A stretch of DNA of 63,773 nucleotides, counting the filler, from Lenisia limosa (taxonomy: Eukaryota > Protista > Breviatea): assembly GCA_001655205.1 (NCBI GenBank). It is 4 parts of 4 records of this genome, joined end to end, with 100 filler letters (N's around TTAATTAATTAA, not from the genome) between each part and the next. Parts side by side here need not be neighbours in the genome. Positions count along the whole stretch, not along the records: positions 43,800 to 63,773 come from LPNZ01007945.1; 3 more parts are not named here. One strand, 5' to 3'. The position numbers were made by a program, and so were the translations under genes. The stretch's first letter is position 1. Each line of letters begins with the position of its first letter. Shown here in pieces: positions 48,995 through 63,600 of the stretch. Under the pieces are notes generated by a model that saw only the letters and a program-made list of their open reading frames with translations, had not been told where the DNA came from and did no database searches.

Positions 48995-50999
48995 CTTTTC
49001 GGGCTCAATGTAGGTGTCATTGGAGTAATTGGGAATCCACCAGAGTTCTTTTCTTTTGACGAGTTCTTCAGATGAACCACTCGCTGTGTCAATTCTTCAA
49101 CCTGATACTTGTTAACATACAACTCTCAAACTCAAAAGAAGGGGTGGTAAAGTGCCTAACCAAAATATGCACAAAATAATTAAATTAGACGATTCAAGAT
49201 ATCAATGATAATGACAATATTATAAACCCAACAAACCTCGGCTGTAAGATTTTTGATCTGCTTTCGCATTCGGAGGTTTTCAATAACTTCTGAAAAAGGT
49301 GAAAATGGTTCTGAACCAATTACACATTTCAAGTACTTCACTACCCTCCACCTGGCAATTCAGCCACGCTCAAGCTCTGTGTTCCGGTATTTCGCAGCTT
49401 ATTTTCCCCATAGAGACGTCTTTCGAGGCTCGCTATTCGCCCCCTGTGGTGGTAATTTGGCTTCGATATAATTATACATATATAATATGATATAGCATAT
49501 TGTACGACAAATAAAAAAGACATTATTATCAATATACAAAACAAAAAATGACGAGAGAGAGTCTGTGAGAATTCAGATATATATAATGAAATATGTGAGG
49601 AAAAAATACCTCATTTGAACGAGCTCTTGCATTGACTTTGCCTTTTCTTCATTGAGAGCAAACTCACTTGCCTAGTGTGTGAGTAAAAAAAATAATAAAA
49701 AAGGGAGACGTAATCTCAATACAAATTGCTATGTTTATGAAATTCTCGATATATCGAAATAGTATAATACCGTACATTTTGTGTTTATTGGACAGAGTGC
49801 TCCCTATTTCAGAATATCTTTCAAAACAAACATACAAGTAGCTGTTCATTGAGTACGGTTGTGGACGAAACTTCAGCCTGCTTTAAATCCTATTGAAGTG
49901 AAAATGAAACCACTAGTACCTTTCAAAAGTAAATTGATGAATATGTATTTCTGGCTTTTATAGCTTACTGCTATCATTGCATCCTTGCCTGCAATTACAC
50001 CTTTCAACTGGGTGTTGGAAGCTTCTAAAGCTTCCAATCGCTTCATCAAATTGTTTTCTAGAGTGTGAAGACAATTTGAGGAAAAGGGATATGTCATCAT
50101 CGGCAAACCTCTTCCCATCCATTGCTTCTGCTCTATTTCGAACTCCTTCATTATTCGCTCTTCCTTGAACAAATAAAAATCGAGTAGTATTGTAAATGGG
50201 TACAATTTGGATGAAAAGGCAATATTAAATATACTGAAGCCTTTCACAGCGTCAAGGAAAAGTAGATTACACTACACTATTAGACAATGTACCCCTTTGG
50301 CTAACCTCCTCTCTTCGGGCTTCACTTGTCTCTTTTTCTGTTTTAGCTTTATTACGCGCTTCTTTCAAGGCTTTCTGTGCAGTGTCCGATACTAAATTGT
50401 CAATTATCAACAATATTCTATCAAACAAAAAGGTTGCAATCGAAATTAAGTACCAGAAATCTTATCACCCACCTTGGTGCAGTAATACATCGACCTTAGA
50501 AGCAGCCTGATGCGCCACTGCTCGTGCCTCATCTGCTGTCTGGCCTCTTGAAGCAACTTCCGCCCTCAGCTCTTGAATATGGTCTGCGTACGCCTCTTCT
50601 GGGAATGTAAAAATCAAGGCTTGATATGATTCCGGTGAAATAAGAAAATTAATGCAATAATCTGATATAATATCACTATGGGGCAAACCTCTTGCAACCA
50701 TAATGGCCAGTTTATCTGTGTACTCGGCTGTTAGCTTCTGAACATCTGCCTGAGCCTTTGCTTCACCTGATACGTTGTCAAAGGTATCAGGACAAACATT
50801 TAAAAACCTTATTTGAGAAGTGTGTGAATATATCCAAATATTCATTCACTTTCGCTATGTCCTGACCAATTCTAAAAGGGAAATCTGACAATGTTGTCCC
50901 AAACAGAATCTCTTCAGCCGCCCTACATATGGCACGGATATCTGCCGCTTTTTCTCTCATAATACTTCGAGTAACTTGAAGGTCCTTGTCAAACTCCAT
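48995..50999 (-). CDS. Multi-exon coiled-coil protein of unknown function
   Basis: MEFDKDLQVTRSIMREKAADIR..IAK, GEAKAQADVQKLTAEY, EEAYADHIQELRAEV, VSDTAQKALKEARNKAKTEKE, ENNLMKRLEALEASNTQLK, VEELTQRVVHLK. Each segment is flanked by AG/GT. The 3' end lies in a gap. Confidence 0.6.
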
Positions 51000-51374
51000 T
51001 GCTAATGACCTACAAACACTGGGAGGTCAGACATTCTCTATCAAACCAAAATACCTGATTAATGATTACACGATCATAAAATCCAGATTTTCCAATCAAT
51101 CAACATGAATCACTAATAAATGTGATGATTTGGAGAATGAAAGATAAAGTTGATAGCTTACCCGGTATATGCCGCCCATATATGATGCATCAGTCTCCCG
51201 CGCTCCACACAATGAACAGATACCTGGAGAGGGAGGGGATATTAGACGTTTATAGTATTACACCAACTTGTCCATTGAAGAAGAAAAAAACCCATCAAGA
51301 GAAGATATCTCATCTCTTAAGTACCGCACTATACTCTGAGCAGTATGAAAGTACAGAAAGTCAGGAGTTATCAT

Positions 51375-51470
51375 TAGGGCTTCACACCGATCCGAATAAG
51401 ATCGGCAAAATATCGAGAGTTATAGGGGATTTATCGAGAATTATCTTTTATCTGACCAAATGAAGTCCTT
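51375..51470. mobile_element. ~100-bp hAT-like MITE, copy 2
   Basis: TAGGGCTTCAC..TGAAGTCCTT with flanks GTTATCAT / ATTATCAT (7 of 8 match, consistent with an 8-bp TSD). Confidence 0.7.
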
Positions 51471-52549
51471 ATTATCATACTTACCTGTCGGAGCAGTTCA
51501 CCGAACGTCATGTTCAGCACCCGTTGTCTGGCCTTGAGCACCGAACTTGGACGCGCCTGGGACTCCTGAAAATATCAAAGGGACATCTGCAAACAAATTG
51601 AACAATAATTGAATACGCAGGGGGGGGGGGGATTCTGTCTGANNNNNNNNNNNNNNNNNNNNNNNNNNNNNNNNNNNNNNNNNNNNNNNNNNTTCTGCAT
51701 ATTAGACATATTATCGGGGACTTTTGTGTGATCTGTATGTCAACTCCATCACAGTTTTTCAGGAATTTGGCAAAAAATAATAATAATAATAATAAAAATA
51801 AAGAGATTTTGGTGTTTTGGGTGAGGCCCAGATCCACGTCTCACTTTTCCCCTCACGTCCCAAATCCCACAAATTCTGTGTCATAGAAAATCCCATGGTT
51901 CGCGTCCTATTTTTTCAAATTACAAAAAAGATTTCCTTTAAAAAACGGTTCCAATGGATACTCACTCAGTCTTTTAGTGACCATTGTTGCTTGGTTGGGG
52001 AACATTTCGTTGTCCTTGTCTTTCAAAAAATATTATCCATCATTTTTTTATCGTTATCTCTGGTTTATCCTGGTTTATTGATCACATAAAGCAAAAATAA
52101 ACAAAAGGGAGTTTAAGTGCAAAGGGAACAAGAAGAGTAAAGCGGAAGGTGGTGTGGTTAAAAAAAAAGTGGTTGTCTGGTTGGAGGTGGTGAGATACTG
52201 GTACTGTAATTGACTGGGCACAAAAATGTTTCTTAGCTGGTTATTTTGTTGCGTTATTTGAAACAGAAATCAGTAAATTATCAAAAGGACGAAATGTATC
52301 ATTTTAGAAATCACTGAAGCTGATTTGACTCACCTGTTATAACATTTTTGAAATGAAAAAGGGGATATTTAACGTATGCATTACGATATAACATTTGAAA
52401 ACATTATGGGGGCATGTCATATATGACAATAATATATAGTATATCTTGTTTACAGTATCCGCACAAAAATGTATGAATATATCATATCTAATTATAATAT
52501 TTACTATGATAAGTATGTACTATTTTCTACATGATTCCCCTAAGGAGTT

Positions 52550-54400
52550 TTCTAATAAAGATACTCCCTTCCAACCTTTTTGGATATGGCCTCTAAGCTC
52601 CGCACTGTCCAGCTATTCAGCTCTGTGACGGACTGTCTTGTGCCGGGTCGAAGGGATGAAAACCGCTCGTGGTGCCTGATGGTTTTGGGGAATGTGAAAG
52701 TAGAATGATACAACTGGGGAACCCAGCTATTTGGGGTATGAAAAAGAGGATTTGTGCAATAATACCAATGGAACAATATATGCAACGGGTTATTTTCGAA
52801 ACTCATCATGTGTCTCCCAATCGCAACGCTTTCCCCACCACATAGCATCATCAATGTTGAACTCTTCATTTGAGAGAACTGTTGCAAGTGCCCATTGTTT
52901 CCTTTGGAGTTTTGTGGAATTGTCAGCACGAAGAAGTTCTAAAAATAATCAATGATATCAGATTAAAGCAATAAGACTTATTTTGCTCCTTGAAAGAATG
53001 TAATATACAATTCGTTTGTATATTATATAATATATCACCTACCAGGTTTACTAATGAGAGCCTCTTCCAATGTTATATCTCCGTCGGCATCAATTACGTC
53101 AGGGTCTACGGCGGCCGCAAGGATGTCCTGATCATGTGAATTGGGATTATTGTATTGTCGCTCATGATATAGTGTATTTTAATGAAAGAAGGGTGGTTAT
53201 CATCATTCAGGATATCAACGATGAGCATAAGTTTGTTTTTTTCCAAAGTACAAATGTTGCACGGTATTCTGGAAAGCTCTGTCCGAATTTTCCTGTCAAC
53301 TCACCTGCCAAAACCCGATTGTTTGATCTCCGTTAAGAGCAGCTGTGGCTACCTAAATCGTCAAATATAATCAGAATTCAAAGCCCAATAAGAAATAGGT
53401 GTGAATAATGGTACCCTTGTTTTATTGCTCATCATAACATACAAGAATGCTCATAGATAAAATTTTTTTACATATTTCCCCACTTCATCTTGCATGACAT
53501 GGGAAATAAAAATAGGTTGTATTTCAAGCCTTCCACACCATCATGCTTATGTAAGGGATACTGGATTATAATTCAACAAATCATTTGCTTTACAGCCCTA
53601 CTTTACTGGGCTCGATATATTATTATTGGAAATCAACTGCCCACTCGCTGTGAAGATGAATTTGGGGGCTTTGGGACATGTTTATCTCGTGGGGATCGGT
53701 CTTTGGTATCAGCATTGGCGGTTTTGGGCTTAGGGACCTGGGGATTAACAACAGATAATTGAAGGTGCCATGAAGAAAATCCCAATGACGTGGCAAATCT
53801 CTACTTGATCTAACCATTACGTCTCAATGACAGTGAACATATTGATATTCCCTTTTTTTTGTAAAAAGCACCCGATTCTACAACATGAAACCACTGAGAG
53901 GTCAGAATATCGAGGAGGTTGTTTACCCTTTGAGCACTTATTTCTTGGTTTTATATGTGTATCATGAGCATTTCAGTATATCAGGCTCACAGTGTTAGTA
54001 AGGAAGCTGGTGGACGTGGCCTCGAGGAGGGCATTGAGGCGACGGGTGGGAAGGGCTGAAAAACGTAACATCAAGCTGGGCAAACTCAAAGAACATCCAC
54101 AAATCCCCGTGAGACCAGTAACAATAATATAAACGGTAAAAAGGGGGCGAAGATAAAGCCTTAGGCGACATTGCTAACCTGTATGTGACGGGATCTGATT
54201 GAGCGCCCTCCTTGAAGGCGGAGTTGAGGGGGGGACATGGGGTCGTGGAGGCAACGGCGGGAACGCCAATGGTTTTGTCTCTTGTTTCTTCCTTCGCATA
54301 TCTATCCTTTATTTTTGGCAAACGGGCCCAAGGGCCCAAGCAAGAAGAAAGCCAGCACAAGTCTAGCGATCGTTTGATCGGTGATGATTTTTTCGCGTTT
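52550..54400 (-). CDS. Probable multi-exon gene, product unknown
   Basis: Candidate exons VPKPKTANADTKDRSPRDKHVPKPPNSSSQR and HDQDILAAAVDPDVIDADGDITLEEALISKP have AG/GT boundaries. No family recognised. Confidence 0.3.
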
Positions 54401-54689
54401 TTGGTGTTTCTGGTGTTTCGTTTTTTTTTTGGCCTCTTGGCGTGTTATAATGGAAGGCGGGAAGAATAACGTGTAAGATTAAATAGGAACGTAGACATAA
54501 AGAGATTGCTAAGTGAAATTTCCGCGAGAGAGATTGCTAAATGACACTCCTTCCTGCTATTCTGTTCCTCGTTTTCATTATATTATTGTCACCAGGAGTT
54601 GAATCAAGTAAGTTCAGCAGGATACCAGTAGTTCGTTCTTCGTGCCTCGCATCGGAGTAAACTTTTCCATCTGTCTCATAAATCATAGA

Positions 54690-57600
54690 GCAATCCTTTT
54701 ATGGGAAGAATATTGACCGAAGATGGACGTTCGACGGGACCGAATCGGCGTATACTTTACAGGAGTTCCACAAGCTTCCAGCCATGGGAATTGCAATCTC
54801 CTTCGAGTATTACATGGTGTCGTATGGTTTGCATTGTTTCTTTCGTACAAGACTAACAATGAATGGATACTTATGTTTTAGAGTCGTCACTTGTCACGAT
54901 CCAATACTACTCGGACTCGTTATCAGGTTTGCGAATTGAATTTCTCTCTGACCCCCTCATTGAAATTTCCTTCCTGTTTTCTTGGCCAATTTACCCCCCC
55001 CCCCCNNNNNNNNNNNNNNNNNNNNNNNNNNNNNNNNNNNNNNNNNNNNNNNNNNNNNNNNNNNNNNNNNNNNNNNNNNNNNNNNNNNNNNNNNNNNNNN
55101 NNNNNNNNNNNNNNNNNNGCTGGAATATGGTGTCAGAAACGTGTCGTTTCCCGGCCCTGCAGGATGTGATATTATCGCGTTCTACGGAACCGAAGAGCTT
55201 GTGTTCGCTCATTGTGACGATCGTAAGGGGGGGGGGGGGGGGNNNNNNNNNNNNNNNNNNNNNNNNNNNNNNNNNNNNNNNNNNNNNNNNNNNNNNNNNN
55301 NNNNNNNNNNNNNNNNNNNNNNNNNNNNGTTCTGCTTTTGTGATAGCTCTCTACTTTCATGTCGGCCTTCCCAATGATGGGGTTTTTGTTTTCTTATTGT
55401 TTTTTTAGTCAAGTTCTACACTCTTGGTACGCGAAATGACGAAGAGTCCCTGTTTTATGTAGAGGTAAGAGGCAAGTTTAATTCGGTCTGATTAAAATTT
55501 GTTTATTTTTTGACCAGACCTGCCGCTATGATTCCAGATTTTATTAAGGATGCTTTGTTTTTAAAATGCCACCACCCAAGCACCTTCTTTCTTCTCCTTC
55601 ATGACACAGGACACGAAAGACGGGTTATTTCCTGTGAATCTCAACAGAGGTTGGCCTCTTCAAATCATTCTTGATTTCCTATGTAATCATTTGATAAGTC
55701 GAAGAACGAGAGAGGGTTTTTTTCTGATGAAAACTTTCAGAATTGCATGAATTCTACAGTACCAACAACATGTTTTAGCAATGAACTCTGCTCTTTTTTT
55801 TTCTCCTTTTCTCGTACGTATCGTCTAGTTGCATCCGTGATGTATACTTAAAACCTCATGTGTTTTGTGATCTGCAACCCGACCATTCCACCCTCATTCC
55901 AGAAACTCACTACACAGTGTACACCACACCCTCCACTCTGGATAACGTGATATTCATTGATGACAGCACCATCTTCATCTTATGTAAGATGGAACAGTTT
56001 TCTTTTTCACAAAGGGTAATTTGCTATGAGTAACATCTCAAATATCTTTTTTTTTGAAGAAGTCCTGTGGGGAAGAAAATTGACTATTTAGTGCAATATG
56101 GAGAACTATTCGGCCTTGGTAGGAACCTTGATGGGTCTTTGGGAGTTGACTCGACCGAATACACCGTTTCTGTCCCGGCGGCGGTGGTAGGCCTGATATA
56201 GCATTTTACTTACTTTGCAAAGCAAGAGTATATTATGTTCTAGGCAAGATATGATATTCTCTCCTTGAATAACATTCTGGATAACTTCTATGGTGACTTA
56301 TAATATGGAGTACGTGTGACTATCTTATAATATTCACCTTTTCCCACTGATAAACTTGACATTTCTTTAGAAGTCGTCGCTTGCTTACTACTTCACTGAT
56401 GCTGTTCGAGTGAAACAAGATAACAGCTATCTGACGTACTTCACGACCAGCAGTGGTATGCTTATTTATGCAGGGGAGGCACACAAGCAAACGGAGTTTA
56501 AAGGCAAATTAATTCTTGTAGCATCATTTTTTAAAAGTCTTCGGCAGTTTCGCCCTTTTCAGCTTTTAAATAATGCACAACTAATACACAATTCCTCACC
56601 ACCAGGTGCCGTACTACGTGCTGGTCTTCAATGGGATGGAACATTTTCATCGACAGCCAAGCCCATCGAATGTTACCATAACGAAAGTCTTGATGTGGGG
56701 TGTTGGCAGATCCTTAGTTTGTTTTGCTTGTATGAAATAATAAAAAAACGAAATATCAGTATTTGATCCACAAAAAATACCCAGAATTATGCCAAGTTGT
56801 CTCATGCCTTTGCCCCTCAGTTTTTTCGATTCACAGAGTTGCAGAAAGTCTGTATGTTGGACCGCGTCTTTGTTGACCACACAAATGAGGTATTTTTCTT
56901 TTCTGACGCAGGTTGGCGGTTGGTACTAGCTGTATTTATTGTATCATATCCTGTCATACTACATTATCTGATATGTACATATGTACATATGATATGTGCT
57001 ATAGTTTCTAATATTTTAGTGCTCACAGTGTATGCATTTATGTAATTCTAACGAATACTCATCTCTTATGGCCTCTCTCATCGTCTTAGGATCAGTGTTT
57101 GTCTCATCACCTCCCTTCAATGTACCCCGTTTACTAACGACTGTGAGAGGATGGGGGGTATCCTTTTCGAAAATAAAGTATAGTAATATTTTGGTTATTA
57201 TGATAGTGTGTGTGCGGAAAGGAAATACCTTTTCCCATTTTTTTTTGCTTTTCAAATGTGGTAAAGGAATTGGATTTTTCGCTCGAGACGTTGATAAGCT
57301 ACAATGGTTCAGTTACTTCATCAGTTGAGCAACTCTTCAGTAATTGACTTCCACATTTTTTGTTTTTGTTTTTTGTTATATGGCCTATTCGATCTTCAAA
57401 ACAGCTATTTATCCTCTTTAGCCATACTCATTCATTGCTGTAATGTGGATCCATCCACTCAGAACCAACGAAGGCAACATCGGAACTTATGTCGGGGTAT
57501 CGTCTTCAGGTACGCTGTGACTTTCGGAATAAAAATATGAAATACAGATCATATTGTATCCTTAAAGTGCCGCGTATCTCGCAGTATTGCAATGGAGGAG

Positions 57601-60600
57601 CCGTATTAGTATATTGATATTTATAATAGGTTTATTGATTTATCAAAACTAGAGTTACAATCTAAAGAACCACAGCTTTAAAGCAGGTGCAAACGTGATT
57701 CATTACGTAATCTTAACCTAGCCCCAAACCCAAATTTCCTTTTCCTTTTCATTTATTGAATAAATGGAAGTGATATAAACAAATGAAGCACTTTTACTCT
57801 TATTGCCCAACTTTTTTGATCTAACCTTCGCTGTACTTAACTATGTAGAAGTCCACTTTTTGTCCACTGTCCTCAGAAAGGACATCCCCATTAACCCCGG
57901 GCTCTACCAGGGTTTAGCCATAGGTGCGAGGGCTTTTGACATTGCAGAAAACTATTTTTGGGAATATACCCTCGTTTTTATGTATTATACATATCATATC
58001 TAAAAAGCAGTTCTTTTTATTGTGTTATTATAATGTGTTTATCACAGTTTTGGGCCAAAGATTGATTTTCTCAATATGTTTTCAAACAATATTCGATAAT
58101 GTCTGTTCGTTTTGAAACAGAAAGTACGGGTGTTTCACTCTCCAGGTCTCAGCTGCATTTACCAATACCTCCCCCATTCTTACCCAGTCTTCGCTTGTTC
58201 AGGTAAGTGGAGGGTATGTCAGATTGGTAAACATAGCTGTACAATCTTTCTGTTTTCTCTATTTTTGTCACTTTAATTTTGACAATCCTGTCGCCTCATA
58301 CCTTGCAGGAAAATACTACATCCACAATCCGAACAAGTTACTGTATTCCTACGAAAAGCAATCAGAGTATCGAAGCGTGGAATCTTTCCAATATCCAAAG
58401 GTAAGTTTCAGGATTTATTTGCCTATCATATTCGTTTACCGTACGCTGGAGTGATGGGATGCGATGCTGNNNNNNNNNNNNNNNNNNNNNNNNNNNNNNN
58501 NNNNNNNNNNNNNNNNNNNNNNNNNNNTTGATGTAGGCTTCTTTTTTTGTTTAATTTCCCAATTTTACCCCATCCTCCCCATCAGCCAGCTGCAAAGAGA
58601 GATGTCTTGACACCTTTTGAAACGAATATTAGTGCAGTATCAGGCTACAATCGAACCATTTTGTCGTATTTTTCAAGTGAGAAGGGACGTGGTTTTAGGG
58701 ATTATCAGAAAGGGTGTATGATAACTTATTTGCTCCTCTAGGGAACATTTGTGTAAGAAATGTCCAAAGATAAGGAATTGAAACTTACAAACAATACAAG
58801 GATTTGATGAGGGGGGGGGGGCAGTCTACCTTGGGCAATAAGGGAAAGTTGGTAACATAAGCATTCAACAGCGTAAATAATATTTAACATGATATAAAAT
58901 AATGATATCATATTTTTATATAGGTATATATGGTAGACTATGTCTTTATATTAGGGCTTCACTTCCGTTCTAAAAAGAACGGTACAATATTGATAGTTTT
59001 CGAGGATTTATCGAGAAGTTCAGTCTTTTTTCGAACCGAAGTGAAGTACTATTTATTATATATGATGATATAAGGTAATATGTATTTTTAACCTTCCAGC
59101 CGGCAATGTCTGCTACAACCAACCTTCGGTTAGGGGAGGATATTCTATCTTGATCTCCTTTCATTCTCTATTTGTAAAGTTGGTCATAATATGTATGGAG
59201 TTGTGAGACAGCAATTAGATGAGGGCTATTTATACGATGNNNNNNNNNNNNNNNNNNNNNNNNNNNNNNNNNNNNNNNNNNNNNNNNNNNNNNNNNNNNN
59301 NNNNNNNNNNNNNNNNNNNNNNNNNNNCCCCCCCCCCCTCCCTAAGCGGGTAGTTTCTAGTTCCACTCGTCTTCACTCAACCGCTTAGCTGAGCCAAGGC
59401 CGTTGCAACTCATACTCCATTGGCATGGAGGCGAAAGCGGTTGGCACATTGGCTCTCACAGTGTCTGACGGATCAGTGGTAAAGACAATGACGGAAACAG
59501 GACTGGTAGGCAGGAATGAAAAAGAGTGTATAAACTTATGAGGGGTCTTGCATTTGAGGGCGTTACTATTTTGTCTACTTCAACCTTCATTTATCATGTC
59601 AGAAAAGCGCATCCTATTCTGGCACCGCCTTTGCCTCGAGTGGGGGCGTTGTGTATGGGCTTCTTGGCCAGCAGTTATGGCAGATTACACCACCAACAAA
59701 GGTGAACGGCAGCTACTGGGACAATTTAATATACTCATACTATATACATACTATATTATGCCCAGACCAAAAATGTACAGACCTCTTTGAGTGACAACGT
59801 GAACAATAACTGCGTTTCACTTAGTCCGCCCCTCCCCCACCCACCCACACATTTATTATTTGAGCCGACCTTCCCTCCTCACTTCTTAGTCAATGGATAC
59901 TGTAAATCTACTGGCTCGCCTTGACGATGTAAAAGGCTACAATGCACCTCTCATTGGGGANNNNNNNNNNNNNNNNNNNNNNNNNNNNNNNNNNNNNNNN
60001 NNNNNNNNNNNNNATGATGGCATTTTGTCACCCCTCCCCCCGAACTCTTTTAAAAGCTGCAAGTAAAATCATCAGTGTCTGTAGCTTAGAAGTTGTTTAA
60101 CCAGCATCTCAGAAACATCGTTTCCAACTTCATACATTGGGCCTGGCGCAGATGTGGAGTGTGAGATCCACAGCCCTGTCAGGTATTGCAGTTCCAGTTG
60201 CGCGATATCTCTTGATGGTGGGGAGGAGGGTATGTACTGATAACTATTGGCATTAATTTAACACTTGTATGTAACCATTCAGCGAACTACATTATCAGCC
60301 ACAGTGTTCCCGATAATACGCGGTCGGAATCGCCTCAACTGGTAGTCTTGGGTGAATATTTCATTGAATTTCACTATAAAGAAAGATATACCGAAGGAGT
60401 GCAAAATGTTTTCGGAATATCATGGCTCAGTCAGTCTGCTAATCTCCCACCACAGTACATATGCGAAAGAGGAAGCTGCAGTGTTCCTCGCTACGTTGAC
60501 TGGTTCAATACCGACATGGTTGGGGGTGACATATGGCTTCTCAATACAAGAGGCTCAGAAGTACATATAAAGAGCTGTGCATAGTCCCGAAAAATAGAGC

Positions 60601-63600
60601 CAGGACTTTGATTGAAAATTAAAATAGATATGATGTAATAGTCGAGGTGACATTGAGTTAGTATTATTTTCCATTGCCTCTTTTGCAACGTTCTCACGGT
60701 TTTCTAGCCAGCTAACAGGGGAATGCCTATCGCGGTTGTCTTTGACGAATTTGATGATGCCATAATTCTGGACTGTTGGGGGGGGGGGGGTANNNNNNNN
60801 NNNNNNNNNNNNNNNNNNNNNNNNNNNNNNNNNNNNNNNNNNNNNNNNNNNNNNNNNNNNNNNNNNNNNNNNNNNNNNNNNNNNNNNNNNNNNNNNNNNN
60901 NNNNGAAATGCGTAACCAAAACCTCCCCCAGTTTTCGGCTACCTCTATTTCCGTATCAAGCCCTTCGACACTGCTGTGACAGACTACGGCAACGGGTGGT
61001 GGCGCTCGGATAAAACGTATCCTCAAATGGTTTCAATAGAAGTGGGCTGGGATTATTCTACAAATAGTTGTAGAGGGTGTATTGAACAACACTCTGAGCA
61101 ACAGTTATCGAAACACTACTCAAGTTGTGTTGGTGACAGTTTTCATTTCTAAAACATCGCACAAATGATGATTTAGGGAATAATTCAAGGTCTTATTGTC
61201 ACATGGGGCTCCTCGTCTAAGACCTTTTACGGCCTAGGCGTCATGAAGAAAACTTATGTATGTGTTGACTGCTTGCAAATGAAGCAATGTTAATATGGGT
61301 TTTTTTCTAATGGTTACAGATTCCAAATTCAGCTGTAACCATCACAATCGACTGTAGGGGGGCACCTCTGTGATCTGGAATAACCATTTTCATCATATTG
61401 ATCTTGAAACGTATTGATATGAGAAGGCGTTACGGGCCGCTAAGCCCATATTACAAATAGGTATCTCAAAGACGTTTTACTTAGATACAAAAGGCCAGCA
61501 AACCAAATATTGAGTTCTCACCTAGTAGTCACAGCGACGTCAACACCGTACTTCATTTTGGCTGATGCTCTCTTGAAGCCTCTTTTGCAGTACAAAATGA
61601 CTTGGACTGTATGCTTGGGGGTCTGATGGTGCGATTCATCTCTATAAAGTTGAAGTGGTTGTAATGAGTGATGACGAAGGGTCCAGGGATACTCGAAATC
61701 CTTTTATTTTGGTTGTGAGTGGCACTATCCCCTATTTACACTGAAGTGTTGAGATGCTAACATGATAGGCCACCAATACGTACAGCGTGACTCTGCCCAA
61801 GGGGCTTCAGGCTGAGGCGTCTGTTCTTATTTTCGACAATGAACAGTTCTACAACACTGGTGAAGTTGTTGAGGTGGGTGGGGGTGGGTCGAAGATGATT
61901 TGTTTTCTTCTCTGATTACAATATCGTGTATCACTACGGTTCCAAAAAAAGACTGAATTTTTCGATAAATCCTCGATAAATATCGATATTTGACTGGTCT
62001 TTTTTGGACCGTAAGGAGGCCCTACGTGTCACTCTTCCATCTGTCTGTCATATTTTTATCAGGCGTATCTTTTTTTTTTAGCAGACATTGAACATATGGG
62101 GTAAAAGGGAACAATAAATTATCTTTATTTGTCGATCCATTCACGGTCATTTGCGAACCCATATCACACGCTGTAGCCCTATACCGTCCCTGTTCTGGAG
62201 TCAAGCCACTACCATCAAGCAGTTAATGACACACTTGTGTTCACAACCTACTTAGCTGGGGACTATGTGATCATGTATTGGGGGATCAACGTTCAGTTGA
62301 TAAGGTGGTTTGACCTAGTTGGGTAGTTCCTATGGAGGGTGTTTAAATCTTGGCTTGTACACGGGAAAGACTCTTAACTACTTTTAGTTTCAAAAGCCAA
62401 TGTACTTAATTATTTGTCTTTGACCCTCCAGTGCCACCAACCATTTGGGAGGGCTAAATTCGGTTACGGTCAACAAAGCCTGTCCAGTGGGCACTTGCGT
62501 GATAAAAGGGCTTGGGCTTTCATTCAATCAATGTTTGGGGAAAGGGGATCGATTAGATCATGATCAAATTTATAGGAATTATTGCACACAGCTGTTTTTT
62601 TTCTAAATGGTAATCCAGGTTCTTTTACCCTCACAATTGCCCCGATGGATGGGTACTCTGTGTTCTCGGAGGTGGTGATGATGCTCGACAAGAACAGCGC
62701 GTCCTCCATATCACCCTCCATAGTAGACCCGGAAAGCCTGCCTTTGGCGTACAGCTTCAATGTTGGGGGGGGGGGGGGNNNNNNNNNNNNNNNNNNNNNN
62801 NNNNNNNNNNNNNNNNNNNNNNNNNNNNNNNNNNNNNNNNNNNNNNNNNNNGTAACTGGATTTATTCGTAGGCGTCGTTGTATCATACTCTATATAATGG
62901 CTGTATTACCCACCAAGGGAGTTTTCTGCAACCATGAAGGGATGATGTGTGTTGCTGGATTGCAAAAAGTGCCTGCAGTGTTCCTTTCTCGCACAGAAGT
63001 GTTGTGTGAATTTCTTGAGGCCCCAACGGGGGAGGGAACAGCGTTTATCGTCATACAGGTCTGTCTGGCTGTTTTGGTATTAAACCATTTCCTCTTTTTT
63101 ATATCATATGCACTAATTTTTCTGAATTGATGGATAATAATGTTTGGTAGCAAAATGAATATCACATGTTTGTTTATCATTCTCAGTGAGCGTTGGTCCT
63201 TTATTGATGTGTGTAGCTCACTATTGGCACTTTGGTCATGCAGCAGTCGGTTACTATTGATTATCCGGTTGCGACATCATTGAACTGGGAAGTGGAGCAG
63301 TATGTTATTGCTGGCGTCCCTCTCAACCCAGTTTCGGTCAAGGTGGGGAGGGGGCTTAGATTCCACAGAAACGAGAAACATTGTTCACTCTTCAGACCTA
63401 TGAAATATCTGAGGGTGTTGAAACGCCAATAGAAGGCATGTTGGTTACCGCCTTCTCCACCCCTTCTGGAGGTTTGCAAGGGTTGCAGGCAGTAGCAGAA
63501 ATATATCACGCTTTTTTTGAGGTTCATCTAGCACCTTTTTTTCTCTGTGAAGGTGGCCGAATTAGTCTCTGGTCATTGAAGCCAAAAATTTCAGGAGAAT

